Below are positions 45,882 through 54,564 of a stretch of DNA of 64,000 nt, piece by piece (the first letter of the stretch is position 1; the number at the start of each line of letters is the position of its first letter). The notes under the pieces are model-generated. The model did not search any database, had not been told where the DNA came from, and saw nothing but the letters and a program-made list of their open reading frames with translations. Where the stretch lies: positions 9,501 to 73,500 of the forward strand of contig JBAZJY010000002.1 of the NCBI GenBank assembly GCA_041651115.1, in the 5' to 3' direction. Both the position numbers and the translations under genes were made by a program. The stretch is from Candidatus Omnitrophota bacterium (lineage in GTDB: Bacteria; Omnitrophota; Gorgyraeia; Gygaellales; Profunditerraquicolaceae).

Positions 45882-45964
45882 TGGGCAAGGAGGGAGTCGG
45901 ACCCTCACAACCTTACGGTCAGCAGATTTTAAGTCTGCCGTGTATGCCATTCCACCACTTGCCC
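45882..45964 (-). tRNA. tRNA-Leu (anticodon TAA), long variable arm, CCA not encoded
   Basis: Hand-folded cloverleaf: GGGCAAG acceptor stem, anticodon loop CTTAAAA, 15-nt variable arm, T-arm GAGGG-TCCGACT-CCCTC. Confidence 0.8.
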
Positions 45965-45976
45965 GTCGATCTAGAT

Positions 45977-46083
45977 CCCGTACTTAACACTCGAAGGTTT
46001 TGTAGAAATTTTCTCGTAAGTACGGGGTTAATTCGGCTCAACAACTTACGTTCGCTTCGTTCCGTAAGTTGTGGCCTCATTTA
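45977..46083 (+). repeat. Two-hairpin intergenic repeat element, copy A (in the tRNA-Leu / tRNA-Cys spacer)
   Basis: CCCGTACTTA..TAAGTACGGGG-TTAATTCGGCTCAACAACTTACG-loop-CGTAAGTTGTGGCCTCATTTA. Confidence 0.6.
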
Positions 46084-46155
46084 AGGCGACGAGCGGAATC
46101 GAACCGCTGAATAGCTCTTTTGCAGAGAGCTGCCTTACCGCTTGGCTACGTCGCC
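46084..46155 (-). tRNA. tRNA-Cys (anticodon GCA), U73 discriminator, CCA not encoded
   Basis: Hand-folded cloverleaf: GGCGACG acceptor stem, anticodon loop CTGCAAA, T-loop TTCGATT. Confidence 0.75.
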
Positions 46156-46162
46156 AAAATTT

Positions 46163-46702
46163 TTAAAGGATCTCTCTTGCTTCCTTAATTACCCTGTCGA
46201 CTTCTGCCAGACAGCCCACACCGGCCTTACCGCAGGCAAGATTTCCCTGCCTTGGCTCGACGAATTTATATCCCAGGCCCTTAAGCTTCTTGATGTTGTC
46301 CTGCGTAATCTTATTTAAATACATATTCTCGTTCATTGCCGGGCAGATCAAAATTTTGGCTTTTGTCGCCGCAACTACGCAGGTCAAAAGATCATCGCAT
46401 ATGCCGCCGGATATTTTTGCGATGATGTTGGCGGTTGCCGGAGCAATCAACACCAGCCCCGCCTTATCCGCCAAAGAAATATGCTCAATCTCCCAGGTTT
46501 CCGGCTCTCCAAAGAGCTCGCGATAAACCTTATTACCGCTTAAAGCCTGGAAAACCACCGGCTTGATCAATTCCTGCGCTTCTTTGGTCATCACCACGGT
46601 AACGTCAAAACCCGCTTCTTTGAGCCGGCGCAGGATCTCACAGGCTTTATAGATGGCAATACTGGCTGTTACGCCTAAAATAATATTTTTTGTCTTCGGC
46701 AT
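46163..46702 (-). CDS. coaC: Phosphopantothenoylcysteine decarboxylase-type flavoprotein (CoaC domain only)
   Basis: IILGVTASIAIYKA flavoprotein motif and PAMNENMY. Start moved to MPKTKNII. Confidence 0.6.
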   Translation of the reverse strand: MPKTKNIILGVTASIAIYKACEILRRLKEAGFDVTVVMTKEAQELIKPVVFQALSGNKVYRELFGEPETWEIEHISLADKAGLVLIAPATANIIAKISGGICDDLLTCVVAATKAKILICPAMNENMYLNKITQDNIKKLKGLGYKFVEPRQGNLACGKAGVGCLAEVDRVIKEAREIL

Positions 46703-46709
46703 AATAGGA

Positions 46710-46913
46710 TTATTTATCTGTCCTCTTGTAGGTAACTTTACCGGCGGCAATTTCCATCAACGCTACCGTCGAAGGCTTGATCGAAGCGTCCGCGACCACC
46801 ATCTTGGGCTGGCCTTCGGCAATCTCCAGCGCCCTCCGGGACGCGATAATCACCAGTTTATAAATGGACTCGTTGGTCTTATCCAACATCGTTTCCAAAG
46901 CTACGTAAGCCAT
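46710..46913 (-). CDS. rpoZ: DNA-directed RNA polymerase subunit omega
   Basis: 67 aa with NESIYKLVIIASRRALEI. Confidence 0.7.
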   Translation of the reverse strand: MAYVALETMLDKTNESIYKLVIIASRRALEIAEGQPKMVVADASIKPSTVALMEIAAGKVTYKRTDK

Positions 46914-46929
46914 AAACCACCTCTTTTTG

Positions 46930-47562
46930 TTAATGAGCCGTCCGGCTCAACAGACTAATTCTGTTTAATATAATATCCTTTAACTGCCGCACCGTCTTTT
47001 TCAGGTCTTTATTCTTCAGCCGGTAATCAAACCTGGCTGCCTGCGGTATTTCTTTCTTTGCCCGTTCCAATCTCCGGCGGACTTCATGCTCCGCGGTCTT
47101 GCTGCAGCGGTTCTTGATCCGTTTACGCAGCTCTGCCAAAGAAGGAGGCACTACAAAGATCGTTACCGTATTCTTTGGATACAGCCGCTTGAGGTTTTTT
47201 GCGCCTTTCAAATCAATGCACAAAAGCAAGTGCCGGCCTTTGCTTATCTGACTGTCAACGCTTGACTTGGGCGTCCCGTAATAATACCCCAAGTAATTAG
47301 TCCATTCAAGGATTTTTTTTGCCTTAACCTGTTGTTTAAAGCGGCTTTCCGTGAGGAAAAAATAGTCCTGCCTGTGCCTTTCGCCCGAACGTTTTGGCCG
47401 GGTGGTGAAGGAAACGGACTTCCTTAAACTATTGCCTAAGACCTTGTCTTTTAATATCCGCTCGGCCAGCGTGGTTTTTCCCGAACCCGACGGCCCGGAG
47501 ATCACAAATATCAACCCGCGTGCTTTTTTCCGGTTTCCTTGCCCTGGGCTCTGTTTTTTCAC
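46930..47562 (-). CDS. gmk: Guanylate kinase
   Basis: P-loop GPSGSGKTT and guanylate kinase signature. Confidence 0.85.
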   Translation of the reverse strand: MKKQSPGQGNRKKARGLIFVISGPSGSGKTTLAERILKDKVLGNSLRKSVSFTTRPKRSGERHRQDYFFLTESRFKQQVKAKKILEWTNYLGYYYGTPKSSVDSQISKGRHLLLCIDLKGAKNLKRLYPKNTVTIFVVPPSLAELRKRIKNRCSKTAEHEVRRRLERAKKEIPQAARFDYRLKNKDLKKTVRQLKDIILNRISLLSRTAH

Positions 47563-48386
47563 TCTACGTTCTGCACTTGTTCCCGGATTTTTTCAATCTG
47601 GCTTTTTATATGCACCACCCTTGCCGACAAGAGCGAATCGCAGGATTTGGCGCCGACAGTATTTGCCTCCCGCTGCATTTCCTGCGCAATAAAATCCAGC
47701 TCCTTGCCCACCGGCCCGGCCTTTGAAAGTTTATGCTCAAAATTTTTTAAATGAAAGGCAATACGCGAGATTTCTTCGCCGATATCCGCGTCTTTTAAAA
47801 AACTTGCTTTCTCCTCGGGCGTCTTTAATTTCGCGACCTCTCTCTCCAGGACATACTCAAAGCGCTTTTGCAGCAAGGCGGCTTCGGATTTAAGGATCTT
47901 TATCCTGGACTTAAGGTATTTTTGCAAAGCAGCCCCTTCTTTCTGCCGCGTGCGGACAAAATTGTTCACTGCCTCCACAACCAAGGGCTTTAGGGCGGGC
48001 CAGATCCGCTCTTTGGGGATCTCGCTTTCCGCAAGCGACAACACTCCCGGCAGATGGATCAATGTGTCCAGACTTGCCTCTCCACCGATATGGAATTGCT
48101 TGCTGATCTTCGTCAGCGCGGAAAGATAATTTTTTAAAAGCTTCTCATTTATATACACGCCCGGGCTGCCGGAAGCGCCGATATTGATCATACAGGTGAT
48201 CCTGCCCCGTTTTACGCGGGACTCAATCTCTTTCTTGATCCTGTCTTCTAAGATCAAGAACCCCTCGGGAAGATGCAAAACCGTTTCCAAAAATTTATGG
48301 TTTGAGCTGCGCAACTCAACGGAAATCTTCCCAAATAACGGGACCTCTCCGGCCTTGCCGCCAAAACCAGTCATACTGTTTATCAT
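47559..48386 (-). CDS. yicC: YicC-family stress-induced protein
   Basis: N-terminal MINSMTGFGG, typical of YicC. Confidence 0.7.
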   Translation of the reverse strand: MINSMTGFGGKAGEVPLFGKISVELRSSNHKFLETVLHLPEGFLILEDRIKKEIESRVKRGRITCMINIGASGSPGVYINEKLLKNYLSALTKISKQFHIGGEASLDTLIHLPGVLSLAESEIPKERIWPALKPLVVEAVNNFVRTRQKEGAALQKYLKSRIKILKSEAALLQKRFEYVLEREVAKLKTPEEKASFLKDADIGEEISRIAFHLKNFEHKLSKAGPVGKELDFIAQEMQREANTVGAKSCDSLLSARVVHIKSQIEKIREQVQNVE

Positions 48387-48890
48387 TTATGCCCAGACCT
48401 TTCGTTTATATTCTTTCTCTACTTTTTCTTTCACCGGGTAGAGGCCGACAATGATCTCTTCCGGATGGAACCAAAGTTTTATTTCCCTTTCCGCGTCTTT
48501 GGGGTCCGAAGAAACATGGATCACGTTTTCATACACGCCTTGCGTGGTGATCCTCCCGTAGGAGCCCCTTATCGACGTGGGATCCGCCTCCTCGGGATTG
48601 GTTGCCCCGGCAAGGCCGCGGCATTTTGTGATCGCCTCCGGCCCCCAATAAACAAGCGCCATGACCTTGCGCCGGTTATGCAGTTCGCCGCGCAGGTATT
48701 TTATAAGCTCTTTAAAGAACGGCTTGTCTTTTAAGTGCCTGTAGTGCTCGCATGCCAATTCTTCGGATACGGCGACGATCTTGGCGGCGACGATCTCCAG
48801 CTTTGTCTCGGATAACCGCGTCAGGATATTGCCGGTCAAAGATTTTTTTAACCCGTCGGGCTTGATGAGGATTAAGACTGACTGTCCCAC
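48387..48890 (-). CDS. ndk: Nucleoside diphosphate kinase
   Basis: IKPDG..GATNP..SIRGSYG..NVIHVSSD..AEREIKLWF pattern. Confidence 0.7.
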   Translation of the reverse strand: MGQSVLILIKPDGLKKSLTGNILTRLSETKLEIVAAKIVAVSEELACEHYRHLKDKPFFKELIKYLRGELHNRRKVMALVYWGPEAITKCRGLAGATNPEEADPTSIRGSYGRITTQGVYENVIHVSSDPKDAEREIKLWFHPEEIIVGLYPVKEKVEKEYKRKVWA

Positions 48891-48892
48891 GT

Positions 48893-49750
48893 TTACTTTG
48901 CTCCTTTCAACTTGTTGACGATCCTTTGTAAATCTTCTTCGGAATAAAACTCAATGAGTATATGGCCGCGTTTTTTTCTTTTGCTGATCCTCACCTTTGT
49001 TGCCAGCGAATGCTGCAGCTCTTCTTCCATGATGCTGACGTGCGGCTCGCGTATGCCCGGGCCGATATTGCGCTTGGGTTTCCGCGGCCTGCAGGTCTTG
49101 ATCATATTTTCCAGCTCGCGCACGGAAAGCCCTTCGTTGATCACCTGCTGCACCAGTTTGCGCTGTTGATTCGCGTCTTCAATTTCTAAAAGCGCCCTGC
49201 CGTGGGCAAAAGATATGCGGCCGGCTTTCATTTCCTGCTGGATTTCCTGCGGTAAGGATAATAAGCGCAGCGTATTCGTGATCGTGACCCTTGCCTTGCC
49301 GAGTATCTCGCTGATCCTCTCCTGGGTTAAATGGAATTTGTCAATCAGGTACTGATAGGCGCGCGCCGCTTCAATCGGATTAAGGTCCTGCCGTTGTATG
49401 TTCTCGATCAGGGCCAGCTCCAGAGAATCTTCATCCGCGGCTTCCCTGACGATTGCCGGGACTTCACTTAAATTTAAGATCCCTGCTGCGCGTAACCTGC
49501 GCTCTCCGGCGATCAATTCATAGCTGTCCCCTTTTCTTCTGACGATGATCGGCTGGATTATACCTTTTTCTTTGACCGATTGCACAAGTTCATCAAGGCT
49601 TTCTGTATCAAAGTCTTTACGCGGCTGAAATGGATTTGCTTTTATCTGGGCCGGCTTCAAATGTAATATCTTTTCCTCTTTATCCGACTTGTCCGGCTCT
49701 TTTTCTATGATCAAGGCGCCGATACCCTTGCCCAAGGCTTTTCTCTCCAT
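48893..49750 (-). CDS. parB: Chromosome partitioning protein ParB
   Basis: ParB box GERRLRAA and HTH. Downstream of parA. Confidence 0.85.
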   Translation of the reverse strand: MERKALGKGIGALIIEKEPDKSDKEEKILHLKPAQIKANPFQPRKDFDTESLDELVQSVKEKGIIQPIIVRRKGDSYELIAGERRLRAAGILNLSEVPAIVREAADEDSLELALIENIQRQDLNPIEAARAYQYLIDKFHLTQERISEILGKARVTITNTLRLLSLPQEIQQEMKAGRISFAHGRALLEIEDANQQRKLVQQVINEGLSVRELENMIKTCRPRKPKRNIGPGIREPHVSIMEEELQHSLATKVRISKRKKRGHILIEFYSEEDLQRIVNKLKGAK

Positions 49751-49752
49751 AT

Positions 49753-50583
49753 TTATTCTCCTGGTTTAACCTCTTCTAAGTTTGGTTTTTCAGGCTGAGA
49801 AATGTCCAATCTCAGATTGGACATTTTTTCTCCGATAATCTCTTTGGCTAATTCTTCGTATTTTTCCGCGCCTATGGATTCATTATCGTATAAGGCGATC
49901 GGTTTGCCAAAGCTCGGCGCTTCTGTCAAGCGGATATTGCGGGGAATGACAGTTTTATAAACTTTATCTTTAAAATAATTCCTTGCCTCGTTAATAACTT
50001 CTTTGGTAAGATTGGTACGAAAATCTGCCATTGTCAGCAATACTCCTTCAATCACTAAGTCAGGATTAAGATTTTCTTTTATAAGTTTAATAGTGTGAGA
50101 TAGTTGCGTTACACCTTCTAAGGCATAATACTCGCACTGAACAGGAATAAGCACTGAATCCGCAGCGCATAAAGCATTAATCGTTAACAGGCCCAACGAC
50201 GGCGGCGAATCAATAACAATGAAATCAAAATTTTCTTTTTCTTTTGCCAGCACTCGTTTTAATCTATATTCTCTTGCCAGCATGCCGACCAGTTCCACTT
50301 CTGCGCCGGTTAAGTCTAAATTAGACGGGGCAATAAAAAAGTTCTTCACGGCAGTCGGCTGAATGATCTCTTTTAAATCCATCTCCTCTAATAAGAGATG
50401 GTACGAGCTGTTTTGTACATTGTGTTTATTAATGCCTGAACCGCTGGTGGCATTTGCTTGCGGGTCCAGATCAATCAGCAGGACTTTTTTCCCGGCGAGT
50501 GCAAGATATGCAGATAGGTTGATTGAGGTTGTGGTTTTACCTGTTCCTCCCTTCTGATTACAAATGGCGATTATCTTACCCAT
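49753..50583 (-). CDS. parA: Chromosome partitioning ATPase ParA/Soj
   Basis: Deviant Walker A KGGTGKTT. Confidence 0.85.
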   Translation of the reverse strand: MGKIIAICNQKGGTGKTTTSINLSAYLALAGKKVLLIDLDPQANATSGSGINKHNVQNSSYHLLLEEMDLKEIIQPTAVKNFFIAPSNLDLTGAEVELVGMLAREYRLKRVLAKEKENFDFIVIDSPPSLGLLTINALCAADSVLIPVQCEYYALEGVTQLSHTIKLIKENLNPDLVIEGVLLTMADFRTNLTKEVINEARNYFKDKVYKTVIPRNIRLTEAPSFGKPIALYDNESIGAEKYEELAKEIIGEKMSNLRLDISQPEKPNLEEVKPGE

Positions 50584-50649
50584 TATATTTCAAGTAGTTA
50601 CGAAACGTTTCACGCGGAACCTCCGCTTTTGGCCGCTTTTCTAGAATTT

Positions 50650-50678
50650 ATTATCCTCTTTTAAATATAGCTGTCAAG
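50650..50678 (-). promoter_or_regulatory. Candidate sigma-70 promoter for parAB (-35 TTGACA, 17-nt spacer, -10 GATAAT)
   Basis: rc of 50673-50678 is TTGACA. rc of 50650-50655 is GATAAT. Located in the jag / parA intergenic gap. Confidence 0.35.
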
Positions 50679-50687
50679 TATTTTCTT

Positions 50688-50873
50688 CTATTCAATTATG
50701 GTTGCACGTACTTTTGCCGGCCTTGCGCCTGCCATACCAAAAAGCCCTCTCTCTTCTTCAGAGAGTACTTCTATTTTAACCTTGTCGCGGCCATGCTTTA
50801 ATTCTTTTAAAGCCTTTTTCACTGCCTCCTCTACCGTGGCAGCCTCTACTTCAATGGATTTTTTATGCGTCAT
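50688..50873 (-). CDS. Jag_N-domain protein (truncated Jag/KhpB homologue, 61 aa)
   Basis: Jag N-terminal-like sequence immediately downstream of yidC. No KH or R3H region follows. Confidence 0.45.
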   Translation of the reverse strand: MTHKKSIEVEAATVEEAVKKALKELKHGRDKVKIEVLSEEERGLFGMAGARPAKVRATIIE

Positions 50874-52369
50874 TTTGCCCTGCTAACCTTAAATTGGAAG
50901 ATCAACATTAAAGCGCTGTTAACAAACCAATACAAGACTAAGCCGGACGGCATATGGTAAAATATAAAACCGAAGATCAACGGGAATACTATAAGCATGA
51001 TCTTCTGCTGTTCGTTATTTGCGGCTCCTGTATTCATCGTGAGTTTTTGCTGCACGAACATCCCGATCATCATCAGGATCGGCAAAAGATTAACCTCGTT
51101 CCCAAGAATTGGCAAGCTTGTCGGTAAAACAAACAGCTTGTCCGGTTCAGACAGATCCTTGATCCACAAGAACCCGGATCCTTTTAATGAGACCGAACGC
51201 AGCAGCGCCTGATACAAGGCAAAGAATATCGGCATCTGCAGCAGTAGCGGCAAACAACCGCCCAGAGGATTAACTTTATGCTCGCGATAAAGCTCCATAA
51301 TCTCTTTGTTTAATTTCTGGGGATTATCCTTAAGGGCTTTTCTTAATTCCTCAATGCGTGGCTGTAATGCCTGCATTTCCTTCATTGAGCGCATTTGCTT
51401 TACACTGAGCGGATATAATAGGAAATATACGGCAATACTTAAGATTATAATTGCCATGCCCCAATTGCGCGTTAAGCCATAGAATATTTCCAGCAATTTA
51501 AGCAATATCTGGGAGATAATATCAAATGTCCCAAAATGGACAATTCCTGACCATTCTGGATTTATTTGTCCAATCTGCTTTATTTCCTGGGGTCCCAAAT
51601 AGATAAGGAATTTCTGCTGCGTTGTTTGCCCTGGCAAAATTGTCAACTCCGGAGAATTCAGGCCAAGTACTGATCCTTTGCTGCTTGTTTTTTTGACGAA
51701 TGCAGAGTAATTATTAGTAGGGGGGGCGGTGATAACGCAAAAATACCTATCTCGCAACCCTATAAATTTGAGATTGTTATAAGCAATATCTTTGTTGGGG
51801 TTAGGATGCAGTAGTTTATCCTGGGTGGAAACGGTGAAATCAAAATTCCGCGCGTGCGTAGGATCCATTGTAAAATCTATTGCACCTAAAGACAGCGGTA
51901 AAGACAAGACGAGAGGAGCACTACTTAGGTTCTTGATTGTAATCTCTAACTCTATACAATACTTAGCTTTAGGAAAAATAAAGCGCTTAGTTATTTCTTT
52001 ATCGCTGTCGGCATACTTAAACGCCGCAGCCTCAGAAGTAATCTCCGCCTTCTTAAAATTTAGGTCGTTGGCAAATCCTTCCAGGAGAGGAAACTTATAA
52101 GATTGGTATTCTTTAAAAATAACCTCTTTGATCGCGGCCCTGGATTGATTAAAAATTACTTCAAATTTTTCATTATTAAAACTGGTCAGGACCTCCGGCC
52201 CGGGCTTTTCTCCGTCGGAGATTGCCTTTATCGGCTGCGCAGGCGCAGCCACGGAAGAAACAGCGGCAGGAGCCATGAGCGGCGCTGGTTCGGGTTTAGG
52301 CGCTATAACAGACCACGCCAACAGCACTAAAGAAGAAAGGACAATCGCCAATATTAAACGTTTTTCCAT
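50870..52369 (-). CDS. yidC: Membrane protein insertase YidC
   Basis: N-terminal TM, large periplasmic domain and C-terminal 5-TM core. Position after yidD. Confidence 0.85.
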   Translation of the reverse strand: MEKRLILAIVLSSLVLLAWSVIAPKPEPAPLMAPAAVSSVAAPAQPIKAISDGEKPGPEVLTSFNNEKFEVIFNQSRAAIKEVIFKEYQSYKFPLLEGFANDLNFKKAEITSEAAAFKYADSDKEITKRFIFPKAKYCIELEITIKNLSSAPLVLSLPLSLGAIDFTMDPTHARNFDFTVSTQDKLLHPNPNKDIAYNNLKFIGLRDRYFCVITAPPTNNYSAFVKKTSSKGSVLGLNSPELTILPGQTTQQKFLIYLGPQEIKQIGQINPEWSGIVHFGTFDIISQILLKLLEIFYGLTRNWGMAIIILSIAVYFLLYPLSVKQMRSMKEMQALQPRIEELRKALKDNPQKLNKEIMELYREHKVNPLGGCLPLLLQMPIFFALYQALLRSVSLKGSGFLWIKDLSEPDKLFVLPTSLPILGNEVNLLPILMMIGMFVQQKLTMNTGAANNEQQKIMLIVFPLIFGFIFYHMPSGLVLYWFVNSALMLIFQFKVSRAK

Positions 52370-52383
52370 GTTTTTTCCTTTTT

Positions 52384-52599
52384 TTAAACTAAGGGGTCAT
52401 AGCCGGATTTACCGGAACAGGGATTACACTTAAAAATCCTTTTACAGCCCAGCCATAACCCTTTGACAGGCCCGTATTTAATCACCGCCTGCCGGGTATA
52501 CTCCGAACAGCTTGGCACAAAACGGCAGGAAACCGGCAGGGCTGGCCTGATATACTTTTGATATGTTGTTATGGCGGCAGAGAGGTAGCTGCGCAGCAT
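52384..52599 (-). CDS. yidD: Membrane protein insertion efficiency factor YidD
   Basis: YQKYIRPALPVSCRFVPSCSEYTRQAV motif. Confidence 0.8.
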   Translation of the reverse strand: MLRSYLSAAITTYQKYIRPALPVSCRFVPSCSEYTRQAVIKYGPVKGLWLGCKRIFKCNPCSGKSGYDPLV

Positions 52600-52737
52600 T
52601 AGACCGCAAGGCGTTTTCTGCCTTTTTGCCGACGACGGCGGATGATTTTCCTGCCGTCCTTGCTCTTCATCCGCGCGCGGAATCCGTGGCGCTTTTTCCC
52701 GATCCGGTTAGCCGGTGTTTTAAGATTTTTCTTCATC
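52600..52737 (-). CDS. rpmH: 50S ribosomal protein L34
   Basis: Hand translation: [45 protein letters not shown]. The stop TAA abuts the yidD ATG. Absent from the ORF track. Confidence 0.8.
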
Positions 52738-52863
52738 GCTTTACCGCTCCTTTTCGTTTAATAATTTTTGCAGTTTTACAATTATAACATAAAGCCGCAG
52801 ATAGTCAATATATTCAATCGCTGATTAAACGGGCCGGGAGATAACATCTGTTTGACTTTTTTG

Positions 52864-52891
52864 TTGACGCCCGGAATAAATCGTGTATAAT
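52864..52891 (+). promoter_or_regulatory. Candidate sigma-70 promoter for dnaA (-35 TTGACG 52864-52869, -10 TGTATAAT 52884-52891)
   Basis: Consensus-like hexamers with 16-17 nt spacing, upstream of the DnaA-box cluster and dnaA. Confidence 0.4.
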
Positions 52892-52942
52892 GTTTTGGCG
52901 CGTAAGTTTTTTCCTTGCAGGAGGATTTTCTCCTGCTATAAT

Positions 52943-53055
52943 ATTTTCCACAGGTTTATCCAAGATGTGAATAAGCTGTGGATATCGCCCAAGCGGCTGC
53001 GTTTTCCGACTCAAGGCGAATTGCCGCCGTTTACACATAATGGCGGTTATCCACA
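52943..53055. promoter_or_regulatory. DnaA-box cluster (oriC / dnaA autoregulatory region)
   Basis: Perfect TTATCCACA at 53047-53055. One-mismatch boxes at 52943-52951 (TTTTCCACA) and 52976-52984 (rc ATATCCACA). A two-mismatch box TTATCCAAG at 52955-52963. AT-rich stretch at 52740-52800. Confidence 0.55.
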
Positions 53056-53083
53056 GATAAAAGCGACCAACTGTCCTATTTCT

Positions 53084-54424
53084 ATGGCAAATGTAGTTGA
53101 ATTTTGGGAAAAAGCAGGGGAGTATTTAAAAGGAAGGCTGGGCGAGACTACTTTTGAAACCTGGTTTAAGCCGCTAAGGCCGCGCCAGGAAGAACGCGGT
53201 TTGATATTAGAGGCGCCGGACCGCTTTTTCTGCGACTGGGTGGACAAGCATTACCGGGAAATCATCCATGAGGCAATGAAGGCTGCTGGCCAGGCGGAAA
53301 TGGACTTTTCCCTGGAAGTTAACCCCGGACTGAGAGACCCGTTTATCATTCCGCAAAACACGCTGCCTCACCCGGCGAAACCCGGGGACATCACCGGCTG
53401 TGCCAATCTTAACCCGCGCTATACTTTTGAAAATTTTGTGCTGGGGCCCTCTAACAAACATGCGCATGCTTACTCTCTGGCTGTGGCGGAGTCGCCGGCT
53501 AAAACATATAATCCGCTCTTCATCTACGGAGGGGTGGGGTTAGGTAAAACCCACTTGATGCAGGCAATCTGTCATCACATCAAAAATAACACTCAAGGGG
53601 CTGCGCGGATCTGTTATATCACGTCGGAAAAATTTACCAACGAGCTTATTGATGCTATCCAGCGCCATTCTACGTCGGCATTCCGGCAGAAATACCGTAA
53701 CAGCGTAGATGTCCTGGTCATAGATGATATTCATTTTATTGCCGGCAAGGAATCTACGCAGGAAGAATTTTTCCATACCTTTAACGCCCTGCACGACGCG
53801 CACAAACAGATCATAATCTCTTCGGACCGGCCGCCGAAAGAGATCTCTAATCTCCAGGACCGGCTGGTTTCCCGCTTCAGCTGGGGGCTGACCACGGATA
53901 TCCAGCCGCCGGACCTGGAAACGCGCATCGCGATCCTGAAAAAAAAGATCGAGCGGGAGCCCGTATCTGTTCCTGATGACGTGATCTATTTTATCGCCCA
54001 GCTGATCAAAACTAATATCCGGGAATTAGAAGGCGCGCTGATCAGGACGATCGCTTATTCATTATTGGAAGAAAAGCCGATCACCTCGGACCTGACCAAA
54101 GACGTGTTAAAAGATCTCCTGAACGAGCCGAAAAAATTGGTCACGGTAGATTTTATCCAACGCTGCGTTGCCGAAGAATTCGGCGTTTCGTTATTCGAGC
54201 TAAAAACAAAAAAACGCAATAAGAACATTGTGCTGCCGCGCCAGGTCGCGATGTATTTAAGCAGGGAATTGACGGAAATGTCCCTGCCGGAGATCGGCGG
54301 GTTTTTCGGCGGGAAGGACCATACTACAGTTTTGCATTCTTATAATAAAATAAAAGAAGAGTTGATCAGCAATGAACTCTTAAAAAACAAGATTGAGAAA
54401 GTTATACAGGTTATTCAACAGTAA
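53084..54424 (+). CDS. dnaA: Chromosomal replication initiator protein DnaA
   Basis: Start moved to MANVVEFWEKAG. Walker A GGVGLGKTHL, sensor motifs, and C-terminal DNA-binding domain. Confidence 0.9.
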   Translation: MANVVEFWEKAGEYLKGRLGETTFETWFKPLRPRQEERGLILEAPDRFFCDWVDKHYREIIHEAMKAAGQAEMDFSLEVNPGLRDPFIIPQNTLPHPAKPGDITGCANLNPRYTFENFVLGPSNKHAHAYSLAVAESPAKTYNPLFIYGGVGLGKTHLMQAICHHIKNNTQGAARICYITSEKFTNELIDAIQRHSTSAFRQKYRNSVDVLVIDDIHFIAGKESTQEEFFHTFNALHDAHKQIIISSDRPPKEISNLQDRLVSRFSWGLTTDIQPPDLETRIAILKKKIEREPVSVPDDVIYFIAQLIKTNIRELEGALIRTIAYSLLEEKPITSDLTKDVLKDLLNEPKKLVTVDFIQRCVAEEFGVSLFELKTKKRNKNIVLPRQVAMYLSRELTEMSLPEIGGFFGGKDHTTVLHSYNKIKEELISNELLKNKIEKVIQVIQQ

Positions 54425-54564
54425 ATTAAGACCTTATCAAAAGGATGTTGTTTTTTTATCCATACCAAAACAAAGGGGTTAACTGGCTTTTCAACAGAAA
54501 CTAAACCGTATTACTACCAATACGATATTATATATTTAAAGATTAATAAAAGAAGGAGATTAAA

